Assembly (NCBI GenBank): GCA_000004985.1 | Contig: GG738929.1 | Length of the DNA: 64,000 nt | Reading direction: 5' to 3' (one strand) | DNA from: Naegleria gruberi | Lineage: Eukaryota | Shown: positions 32,805 to 43,000 of the stretch, in pieces | Layout: each line of letters opens with the position of its first letter | Numbering within the stretch: the first letter of the stretch is position 1 | The notes under the pieces: generated by a model | Told to the model about the DNA's origin: nothing | The model's input: the letters and a program-made list of their open reading frames with translations, nothing else | Database searches by the model: none | Made by a program: the position numbers and the translations under genes

Positions 32805-34413
32805 TTAGTGATCTTTTTTAGCTCCTTCTATTACTGATTCACATTTCCATTTCTTTTCCTCGAAATTATATTTCCACAAACGAACTGAGCCATCATCTCC
32901 ACTACTAGCAAGAACAGTTCCACTCAAATTCCATTCAACTTTCCAAACTTCAGAATTGTGTTTGTGTGTTTCATCAATGTCCATTAACTCGATAGATTTC
33001 GTTTCAGAGTTGAGTTTCCAAATTCTTACAGAGCCATCCTTAGATGCTGATGCAATTAAATCGTAAGATCTTCCTAAATTTGGAGCCCATGATACGTCAT
33101 GAATTGGTTGTGAATGACCAATTAAAGGAATGACTTGAGTAATATTTCCTTCATTCACAACAATGGATTTCAAGGCTACAGAACCTGGTGTGTATCCAAC
33201 TAGTTGTGAGATATTTTGTGCATTAGGAATAACCTGTGACGGAATCCATGCTTGCCATTTTCTATTTTGTGTATAGTGCCAAATTCTTAATTTACCATCT
33301 TCACATCCAATAACCATCATTGGTTCTTTAAACCTATATGGACACCAACTCATACAGTGAATTTTTCCTCCATTATTAGCATCAAAATCAAATCCGATAC
33401 TCCAGTGAGCAAGATTCATCACATCAAAAGCTTCATAGACACGAACTTTCCCTGATAGAGAGCATGTAGCAAGCTTTAACCCCAAGTGCTTCGGTGCAAA
33501 TTTAATATCTACAACATCATCAGTGGAATCGACAAGAGTTGCCTTCAAAAGCCAGGATCTTCTCGATGCATGAGGATTATTCACAGGATTAGGTGATGTA
33601 TTTTGAACAGTAGAATTATTGACCATATTTACATTACCACCAACCATTACACTATTCAAGTTGGTAGAACTGGAAGAACTTGGCAAATTACCACTACTTG
33701 ATGAATGATCCATTCCTCCACCAACAATTACTCCATTTGAAACTGGTGATGTATTTCCATCAACTCCATCATTGGTAGTTGTGTTTGAAGTTGATGATGA
33801 ATTTTGAATAATATTTGATGTTGAAGAAACAACTCTTTGAACAGTACTAGATTGATTTGATGAAGGTTGTCCAATAATTCCTTGTGATATAACCAATGGT
33901 GCTAAACCACTAGCAGGTCCTGTATTTGCAGGCGGTTCTTCCCAAATACTAACAGTATGATCATAGGAACATGAAGCTAAAACTTGTCCGAATTCTGGAT
34001 GAGCCCATTCAACTTTCCAAATACTTCCATTATGTGCTTTCCAATCATAAACACATTTCCAGGTTTTTGATTTACTTGGATCCGAATATTGATGATTAAT
34101 AAGATTATTATTTGTATTAGGACTCTGTGATGAATTATTCACGGTAGCAACATCTACTTTATCCCAAACTTTAATATGATGATCACTGGAACAAGAGGCA
34201 ATACGCTCTCCATAGAAATCATACTTTAGATCGTGTAGATAATAATTGTGTGTGCTGGGAAATGTTTCAACAATCCTCTAAAAAGCAATACATAATAAAT
34301 ATATCATACAACAACATCCAACAAATTACATAAAAACATCATTATCACCATATAAAATCCGATCAAGATGATTAATTTTCCATCAACACATCAACCAATA
34401 AAAAACTCACCAT
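32805..34413 (-). CDS. SEH1: Seh1 (Sec13/Seh1-family WD40; nucleoporin/GATOR2 subunit), 2 exons
   Basis: join(complement(34411..34413),complement(32805..34277)); exon 1 codes only ATG, then a 133-nt GTGAGT...TTTTAG intron. Exon 2 begins RIVETFPSTHNYYLHDLKYDFYGERIASCSSDHHIKVWDK, continues ...WKVEWAHPEFGQVLASCSYDHTVSIWEE...FAPKHLGLKLATCS...VSWAPNLGRSYDLIASASKDGSVRIWK...VWKVEWNLSGTVLASSGDDGSVRLWKYNFEEKKWKC, and matches human SEH1L block by block; contains a Ser/Asn/Thr-rich insertion of about 90 aa. Confidence 0.8.
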
Positions 34414-34617
34414 GATTATTTTGCGATTTTATTTTGAGCGTGTTTTTAAACTCCGAATTTTTCGTCGTTTCATAATCGCAATCTTCAAGTAAAACAAAGC
34501 ATATTATTACATCATGTTGAAAATAAGATATTAATAGTATCCAATTAATATTAATTATTATCAATGTGTTTAATAGAATCAAAGATTATAATATTGGATT
34601 TATCATCTTGAAAAAAA

Positions 34618-36254
34618 ATGAAATATTCGAAACAACAGTCAACTCGCACAGTTGTAGGCTTGATTGTCCTTGTACTGATGTTGTGTTCTTGCTGCTGGTT
34701 GGTTGTTGCCAATTCTACTACACAACAACAACAACAACTAGAAAATTCCATAACCAAACACGATTTGAAACTCTTGAAAATCTTGGCCAAGTTGTCAAGA
34801 GGAAAATTAATGAAGGAATTGGGTGAAAAGTTTACTCACGACAATACTATTCTTGCTGGTAAGTGTTTTTATTAGAGTTGTGGATGTTTAATTTATATAT
34901 AATATTTTGTAAAGATTATAATTTTGTCAATGGAATGAAAGATATTCTTCCACATATGAAAGTAATCATCAAGACTGTTGTTGTTGGAAGTAACATGACA
35001 GAACCAATGGTTGTTAAGGAACAAAGAAAGGAATTTAATGGTGAAATGAAAAAGTATTTGCCAGAGATTTTTGGTAAATTCAAGAATGTTTTTGGAAACT
35101 TTGTAAAGGATTTGAGTTCTGACATTAATTTTACAATGCCAGAAAAATCATTGTGGAAACAATTTTTGAAAATTTCCAGAAGAGCTCACAAGCAATTTGT
35201 TAAAGGAAAGTGGAATCATTCTGTAAAAGAAGTCAATAATAAGGATGCTCTCTACTGGAGACAAGTTAAGGATATGATGAAGCAATTCAAAACATCAAAC
35301 GAAACTAATGTTCCAAAGAAATCATCTTCTCAACAAGAATTTAAAACAGTCGATGAAAAACAATACTGGAAAGATGTTTTGAAAATGATCAAGGAATTAA
35401 AGAAAGATTCCAAGCAACCTGTTGATGCCAAGAAGGAAGAAGACAGAAAGTATTGGAGACAAGTTAAGGGCATGATGAAGGAATTCAGAAAACCACAAGA
35501 TAACAAAAAGGAAGAAGACAAAAAGTACTGGAGACAAGTATCTTCTCTTATCAAATCATTTGGTAAAGATCGTATGAAGAAACCTTATGGTTTAGTTGAT
35601 GAAAAGAAAGAATCTGATCGTACATATTGGATCAACGTAAAGAGGATGATTAAAGAAAACTTTGAATCTCCAAAGAAAGAAACCTCTCCAAAAGATGTTG
35701 CTTACTGGCGTGATGTTCACAAGATGATCAAGGACGTCTCCATCAAGAAGAAATTGGATCAAGATCGTGAGTTTATTTCCAAGCCATTGGAAAGAAAATT
35801 GAGAAAGTGGTCACCATCTCACAGAGTTCTCAACAAAAAGCTCAGAAAAGAAATGAAACCAGCTCTCAAGATGATCACTTTAATCTCCTTCCAATCATCT
35901 GGTAATTCCACAAAGGAAATTTCAAAGAATTTGAAGCAAGTATTGTACAATGTAGTTCCATACCTCAAGGAACATGCCAAGAAGGGTGGAAAATTGAACA
36001 TTTTACAAGTAACACCCCTCATCAAGGAAGGTGTTAAGGATATGATAATCAGAGATACCAAATTAATGGGAAGCACCTTTAGAAAGAATATGTGGAATTT
36101 AATAACAAAGCTCAACAAACACATCTTTGAGAATCCAACCTCTTTCAAAATGGAGGGATTAAAGTTGCCATTCAGCATGTTGAAGAAGATGAATAAGACA
36201 ATCAAATCTATTAGAAAGATTGACGATTTTGATATGCTTGCTGATTCTCTTTAG
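34618..36254 (+). CDS. Secreted Lys-rich tandem-repeat protein (526 aa, 2 exons), paralog of the 18264-19703 gene
   Basis: join(34618..34858,34915..36254); signal peptide MKYSKQQSTRTVVGLIVLVLMLCSCCWLVVA; 56-nt GTAAGT intron; six repeats of about 30 aa (consensus K.YWRQVK.MIKEFxK....KKEED); C-terminal segment VVPYLKEHAKKGGKLNILQVTPLIKEGVKDMI shares the LPY(L/I)K(E/S)G(V/A)K motif of the other gene. Confidence 0.6.
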
Positions 36255-36345
36255 ATAATAATACATTAATTATTTCTCTCAGTCAAATCCACAATCTTTC
36301 TTATAGTTATGATCTTCATCTTCTGTTGGATAAAAGTAAAAGCAA

Positions 36346-36418
36346 CTCCCCCTGGTGGGCTCGAACCACCGACCTGCAGATTAACAGTCTGACGCTCTAC
36401 CGACTGAGCTAAGGGGGA
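36346..36418 (-). tRNA. tRNA-Asn (anticodon GUU)
   Basis: Minus strand TCCCCCTTAGCTCAGTCGGTAGAGCGTCAGACTGTTAATCTGCAGGTCGGTGGTTCGAGCCCACCAGGGGGAG: 7-bp acceptor, D-arm GCTC/GAGC, anticodon loop CTGTTAA, T-arm GGTGG-TTCGAGC-CCACC; one T-C mismatch at 27:43. Confidence 0.8.
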
Positions 36419-36532
36419 TTACATGTACTAAGAATGGTTTCCACTAATATACAGACAAACGTCACTTTAATCAAATTTGTTAAATTTATTGTGGGAACAT
36501 TTACTGAACTCTGATTACAAAATTGAAAAAAA

Positions 36533-36994
36533 ATGTCAATATTCAATTTGCACCCTCTTAGTTTGCTCCCTGTTTTATATCATCTATTGCCGTTCATGAA
36601 TGATAGGAGCATACACAGACTTGCACAATGTTCCTCCGATTGTCATGAATCTATTCGCAATATTAAAAGACGAGAATTGTATTATTTAATTGATGAAGGA
36701 AATAAATTGGTAGGTGATCCGATGATAATAAGAAGTATCGATCAAGTGGAGTGTATCAATGATCCTGAAAGTATTCGAATTTCTGCAATGATTGATAGGA
36801 GAGAGGCAGAATTGTCAATTATATTTCCATCGTATGTGAAGGATTTTTTGCAAATTTGTGGAGATTTGGATTGTAGATCGAGATGGGATGATTTTTATCT
36901 TCATCCATCTAATATGATGCTTCCTTTTGAGGATTGGGAGTTTGTTTCAAATTCTCCATTAAAAACCAAGAAAGTGGATCAATCAACATTTTGA
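36533..36994 (+). CDS. F-box-like ORF (153 aa), probably the N-terminal part of one gene with the following DUF4116-like ORF
   Basis: LSLLPVLYHLLPFMNDRSIHRLAQCS F-box-like motif; stop at 36992-36994, but the +1 frame is open from 36963 and runs into the 37014 ORF; A5 run (TTAAAAACC) at the overlap. Confidence 0.4.
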   Translation: MSIFNLHPLSLLPVLYHLLPFMNDRSIHRLAQCSSDCHESIRNIKRRELYYLIDEGNKLVGDPMIIRSIDQVECINDPESIRISAMIDRREAELSIIFPSYVKDFLQICGDLDCRSRWDDFYLHPSNMMLPFEDWEFVSNSPLKTKKVDQSTF

Positions 36995-37013
36995 AAGGTG
37001 GCAACGAGAAAAA

Positions 37014-38360
37014 TTGCTAGTGATTGGGTATTTAAAAACAATGAGGGCATGTTTGGTGTTGGAAACTGTGACAGGTGTTTTGTACTGTTTTAAATTTAAT
37101 AACTTTACCAAATTACTGAACTTTACCAATTGGTATAAATCATTCCCAACACAAATAGGGAGTAAATTAAGGAAGAGAATTGATAAATTCAAAGAGGAAC
37201 AAATTTTAGAGACAAAATATACAAACAACACACCAATTGTATCAACAGGAAAATATAGATACCTGTCAATGGAAAGGAAAAAGGACCACAATATAATTCA
37301 TAATGTAATGCAATCAGGTTATATTGAAAATAGCCTTCCTTTTGAATATAGAGATAATCCAGATTTCATGTTAGAGTATATAAGGAGAAATGTTGCTGCT
37401 TTTCTTATATGTTCAAAAAGACTTAAATTTGATCCTAGTTTTGTAGAGAGAGCTAATGAAATTGATTTCTGCATGGCATATATTAATGATTCTAGAAATT
37501 GGAATAATACTATGAGATTTAAATATGGCAAGGTTGTAAATATAGTGGATGATTTTCTTGTAAAATATGTAGAAGGAAGACAGATAGTTCAAGTTAATAA
37601 TAATTACAACAAGAAGGAAAATGAATCACCACCTCCAATTAATGGAAATCCACTAATTGCCAATCATAAACCAGCCATGGTAAGAGTGAAAGAAAATGGA
37701 CTCTACTTAAAGTATTGCACCGAGGAATTAACATCCAATAGAGACATTGTATTTACAGCAGTTCAAAATAATGGAATGGCTCTCTCTTTTGCTCATGTAA
37801 AATTCAGAGAGGATGTTGAGATAGTTAGAGAAGCCCTTTTCAATAATCCATATTCTATTCGATTAATTTCTACATCATTTCTTGACAATAATGAAGAAAT
37901 TATTCTAAATTTTATGGCTAGAAACTTGTGCAACTTTGAATACTTAATTCCTTCCAAGTATACTTCAAATTTCGACCTGATGAGAAAGGCCATTATTCTC
38001 AATCCTCACAATTATTCAAGAACATATCCACCCTCAATAACTCTTTCACTTAATAATGAAAAAATTAAGACACTAAGACACGATAAGGAATTAATAATTC
38101 CCTATATTTGGTTTAATCCAAACAAAATACCGGCATTAATGAGAAAACTCCCAATCGAATGCATCGACAGGGATGTAGTCTTGGCTGTCATACTTGCACC
38201 AAACAATTTCAACTGTTTAGACAAATCATCTGATTTTATATTGAGGAGAAAGATGAAGTATAAAGAGATTTTAGATATTAAATACAAGTTCTCCACCAAT
38301 ATACTCATCAACTCAATCTCAATATCAACAATGAAATCAACCTCAATTAATCAAGTTTAA
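37014..38360 (+). CDS. DUF4116-like repeat protein (448 aa; TTG start in track, no ATG)
   Basis: Repeats such as SNRDIVFTAVQNNGMALSFAHVKFREDVEIVREALFNNPYSIRLIS resemble DUF4116; frame open upstream to 36963, overlapping the F-box ORF. Confidence 0.4.
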   Translation: MLVIGYLKTMRACLVLETVTGVLYCFKFNNFTKLLNFTNWYKSFPTQIGSKLRKRIDKFKEEQILETKYTNNTPIVSTGKYRYLSMERKKDHNIIHNVMQSGYIENSLPFEYRDNPDFMLEYIRRNVAAFLICSKRLKFDPSFVERANEIDFCMAYINDSRNWNNTMRFKYGKVVNIVDDFLVKYVEGRQIVQVNNNYNKKENESPPPINGNPLIANHKPAMVRVKENGLYLKYCTEELTSNRDIVFTAVQNNGMALSFAHVKFREDVEIVREALFNNPYSIRLISTSFLDNNEEIILNFMARNLCNFEYLIPSKYTSNFDLMRKAIILNPHNYSRTYPPSITLSLNNEKIKTLRHDKELIIPYIWFNPNKIPALMRKLPIECIDRDVVLAVILAPNNFNCLDKSSDFILRRKMKYKEILDIKYKFSTNILINSISISTMKSTSINQV

Positions 38361-38505
38361 CCTTAAAAAAGAATGGCACTTTTAGGAGTATTGTTAAATT
38401 GGCTTTTCACTACCATGATAAATATTACTACACAATGTAAATTTCACAATTTACCAATTTATTTGATATTATTATTAAATTTACCCTCATTACAATCTCT
38501 CAAAA

Positions 38506-39972
38506 ATGTCGTCACTCGATTTAGCAGAGGATTTTACTCTCCAACCATCAACGATGCTGCTAGTAGTCGACAAGTACATGTTTTGTCATATCATTTCCTT
38601 CATGCCCTATTTCTATCAATCAAAATTTAAGCGATTAAACAAGTATACCTTAAAGTGGATCGAGTACAATCAAAAGTATTTACTCATTCAGAGGATATTA
38701 AAGTTCACTTCATCAGAGGAGATGAAGAAGAAACATCCCGATTATTATGAACATATTGTAAAGGATTCAAATAGAGTTCTTTTGGAATTGGATGATTTGA
38801 AACATGTGGAGAGGGAGGATTTTGTTAAATGTGATTTATTTTCAATTATGGAAGATCCAGAGAAATTATTGGAATTTATCAAACAATTTTATTATCTAAA
38901 TGATAAGAGATGGCTATTGTATTGGAATAATGTTGGAGATGCATATTTCTCTCAGAAAACAATCTATGATACTGACATGTTGTTTGATAGAAAGTATGAG
39001 GAAGCATTTCAGTTGGAAGGAAATGTAACAATGTTGGATGAGCAAATTGCCAGACATTTCTTTATTAACTTGACAGTAATTGGTGTAAAAACTCTATCAG
39101 TTCCTCTTCCACAATATTTGGACACGCTGTACATGGTAGGGATAGCTGGCGTGGAGTTCTTATTTAGTAGTTTGGAACCCTCTTCAGGAGAGCCATCAAC
39201 GTATTATCATCTGTTTCACAGGGCAATTCCATTCTTTACCAATTGTTTCACAAGTGTCAGGAAGAAGAAAGGCATTAAGAAAATTAGAAACTGTGTACCT
39301 TTAAAGACCAATATTCAATCAAGGAAACGAGCTGAAAAGTATTTGTTACAATGTGCACAGGCCCACAATGTTCATCCTTCCCTTATACCACTTGGAGAGC
39401 TTTTCGTTTATTCCATGTTTGACAAGGAAAAGAAATCTCAACTCAATTGGGAAAATGCTGTATATTTCTATGAAAAATCTATAATATCAGTTTGTGAAAA
39501 GTTGAGAAATGCAGCTGTTGGCAAGGAAATGGACATTACTCAATTTTTATTCACACCAATATTGGAAATTGCAAGAAAAACCTATCTTTCTGAAAAAAGT
39601 GAATCAAAATTTTTAACCTCACTCAATCTATTTCACCAAGACGGAACTGTAAAAGAAAATAAGGAACGATTGGAATATCTTTTAAAGTTTGTGGATCAAG
39701 AATGTTTTACTAATCTTTCTCTTCCAATTCTGGTTAGAATTCTCGATTCTGAAACCAAGTCAAAATTCCAGAAATTCTACTTACACACAACACTCCAAAT
39801 CAAGAAATTCAAATTGGAAGATTATAAACTATACAGTTGGGAGAATGATGTTATGAATACTGCTTTAACATTCATGCCCAAGAAAGAAGAGCTACCCAGA
39901 CCAGCAGAAACCAATTCACAACAAAAACCAACAAAGCAAAAGAACAAGTTCACTAAAATAAATGTAGACTAA
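38506..39972 (+). CDS. Hypothetical protein (488 aa), possibly F-box-related
   Basis: ATG-initiated single ORF; weak F-box-like N-terminus (TMLLVVDKYMFCHIISFMPY); no other domain. Confidence 0.45.
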   Translation: MSSLDLAEDFTLQPSTMLLVVDKYMFCHIISFMPYFYQSKFKRLNKYTLKWIEYNQKYLLIQRILKFTSSEEMKKKHPDYYEHIVKDSNRVLLELDDLKHVEREDFVKCDLFSIMEDPEKLLEFIKQFYYLNDKRWLLYWNNVGDAYFSQKTIYDTDMLFDRKYEEAFQLEGNVTMLDEQIARHFFINLTVIGVKTLSVPLPQYLDTLYMVGIAGVEFLFSSLEPSSGEPSTYYHLFHRAIPFFTNCFTSVRKKKGIKKIRNCVPLKTNIQSRKRAEKYLLQCAQAHNVHPSLIPLGELFVYSMFDKEKKSQLNWENAVYFYEKSIISVCEKLRNAAVGKEMDITQFLFTPILEIARKTYLSEKSESKFLTSLNLFHQDGTVKENKERLEYLLKFVDQECFTNLSLPILVRILDSETKSKFQKFYLHTTLQIKKFKLEDYKLYSWENDVMNTALTFMPKKEELPRPAETNSQQKPTKQKNKFTKINVD

Positions 39973-40006
39973 AAGAGGTTTGAATTAAAATATTTTACAA
40001 AATAAT

Positions 40007-43000
40007 TTAGAGCAATTTTCTCAGCTTTTCCTTAAGAGATTCACCAACAGCATCACTGTTATTTTCCAAGAAGGAAAGCAAACCATCACAAACTGAACCT
40101 AAATTACCTGAAGAACATAATGAAAGAATATCTTGCTTGACCTTTTCACCTCTCAATGTAGCAATGGCTTGTGTAACAGTTTCCTTATTATCTTCAATCC
40201 AAGACAAGAATTCTCTATCGTTAGTCCAAACTTGTTCATTATTGATGACCTTTTGTCTGAGGATTTCTCTCTTGATAGATAACTTGTTTGATTGAGCATC
40301 TACACATTCACTTAATTCCTTCAACAAATTGAATTCGAGAATCTTTCTCTTCAATCTCCAGTAGAAGTAAGTTCTAGCAGTCTTCCAAGAAATGATTTCG
40401 GTAATAACACCCTTAGCCTTCATTCTACCTGGAGTATCATGGAGATCAGCAAAACATTCAGCTACTTGAGTATAAATTGGAATCAACTTTTCAACTCTCT
40501 TACCCATCTTGACCTTGATTTCATCCTTTTCCTTCAAAGAAATGTCTGATCTTCCCAATTCCTTGGCAAGGTTAATATATTCAGCATCCAAACGTTGAAT
40601 AGTAGCAACAATTTCTTGCTTTCTGTACTTAATTTCAACAATACCAGAAGCTTCCAAAATACCACCCTTGGACTTATCATCAGCAAACATTTCCATAACA
40701 TCATTATTGATCATTGGATCAACAACAACCCAAGCACCACCTCTCAATTCACCATTTGGTGGAATGTAAACAAAAACTGGTTGCTTGTAATTGGTCAAAG
40801 CATCAACAATGTAAGAACCAAACTTGAGGATTTCATCAAACATATCTCTTTGACCACCAGAGAAACCTCTCCAGTTAGCAAAGATCATGAGTGGCAATTG
40901 TTCTCCCTTGTTGAAATCATTGATTGCTTGAGCAGTCTTGAATGCAGAATCTGGATACCAGACTTGGCCAGATTTTTGAACTACTCTTTCTCTAGAGTTA
41001 CTATCAGCAGGATCAGCAGGAATAATTTGTTCATAGGTCTTTGTGTCAACAGCAATAACACCCATTGGAATACCACCAAGTCTAGCACGAGCAACAATAA
41101 TATTCTTTGCCCAACCAGTCAAAGTTTCAAAGAATGAGTTCTTATCAAAGAAACCACTCAACCATGTTGATTCTCCATTTTCACCTTCAACAGTCTTACC
41201 AACCAACATTTCTCTAAAGTCATAGTGGCTACCTTCAACTGGGAGGTATTGAATTTGACGTTCAGGATCATCAAGAGTCTTCAAGATTGGAAGTGCAGAA
41301 CCAACTGACTTTGGAACATATGACAACCACTTGAGAGCATCCTTGATAGCAAGATAGTCATCCTTAGCAATCAAGTGAGTGACACCATTAGGATTCATGA
41401 TTTGAATACCACCCAATTGCAAATTACTGGTATAAACTTCTCTAGACAAAACCTTATTCAAAGCACCAGCACCAGTGAGCAAGATAGGAGCTTTTCTATT
41501 TTGAATAATTCTTTGACCAAGACGATTAACATAGGCACCAATACCAACACTTCTTGCAGCAATATAATTCATAGTGAAAACTTCTTCATAGGCACGAGAA
41601 GTTTCACCAGCAATCATACCAGATCCTCTCAAATTTTCGACACCAATACCATTTTCCTTACCAATAATGTCAATAATCTTCCATCTCTTTTCTCCGTTAA
41701 CTTCAATTTCAACAGCATTGACAGAGTTGGTCTTTTGAAGTTTTTCGTAATCATTTGGAGTGAGGTAAAGATATTTGAAGCCCTTAGTGCTATCATTTGG
41801 TTCGTTCCATTCAATCTTGAATAATTCTCTGACTTCATCAGCCAAACCAATTCTAGCACCAGAGTTGGCAGCAATGTAGAATCTTGGAATCTTCAACTTT
41901 CTAGCCATTTCACTAGCCAATTGGAATACTTCATCTTCAATAACACCAAAAGAACCAGATTGATATGTGATATCGTTGGCAATTAAAATCATATCTCTGC
42001 CATCCTTAGCTTCTGGAGTGAACAAAGTAACCTTCCAAACAACCATACCACATGTATTCTTACCTATAGCATTCTTGACTGGATTTTCAATCAAGAATTT
42101 GCCAGTTGTATCGAGAATATATTCAGTAAGACTGATGAAAGTGCTTGGAATGTCTTCCTTAGTCAAATCGTTATGTTCTTTCCACATGGAACGAACAACT
42201 CTTTCGAACAAGTATGGGAAATCATAGACATAGGATGTATCATTGTTGTGAGCAAGAACTCTCTTTTGATCAACAGCTTGGAGAATAGGGTGAGGAATAT
42301 TAACATCCAAACCTTCCAATGGCTTCTTTTCACCAACAACAGTCTTGTAAACGGTTCTACCAGTAGTTTGATCCTTTTCTTCTCTGTAAACGTCCAATGT
42401 AAGATTGTAACCAGTGTCATCAAGAGCAATGAATCTAAAGGTTTGTGGTTGAGAGGTTCGGGAGAATTTAGCAGTGAATCTAACTTCAACTTCACTAACT
42501 CTCAACTTCCACAATCTCTTACCATAAACCTTTTGGAATCTTTCAATAATTTCACCTACCATATCTGCCTTGACAACAACTTCAGGTAAGAAATTGACGA
42601 AAATGTGATTAGCATAACTAGTTGGGTAATTCTTATCAGCCATAGCAATTTCCAAAGCATTGATTGAGGCAACAACATATCTTTCAAGTTCTGAAATTTG
42701 CAATTCTTCAGGATTTTCTTCAGTGAAGATATCACCTTGCAATACCAAAGTACGAACGAAGAATCTCTTATTCAAGAAATCATATCTATTCAAACCAAGC
42801 TCCTTCTTCTTTTGACCATAGAAAACGTGAACAGATGGATCCTTACATGGGTATGGAGTAATGTTATAATTAGATAATTTCTTAAGGAAAAGTTGGAAGG
42901 CAAGTGTAGGTTCAATATGTCTGTACATTGGATCTTCGTCATAGTTGAATCTTTGTCTGAAAGTAAAGTAGAATGGCAATTTATCTTGAACTTCAACGAC

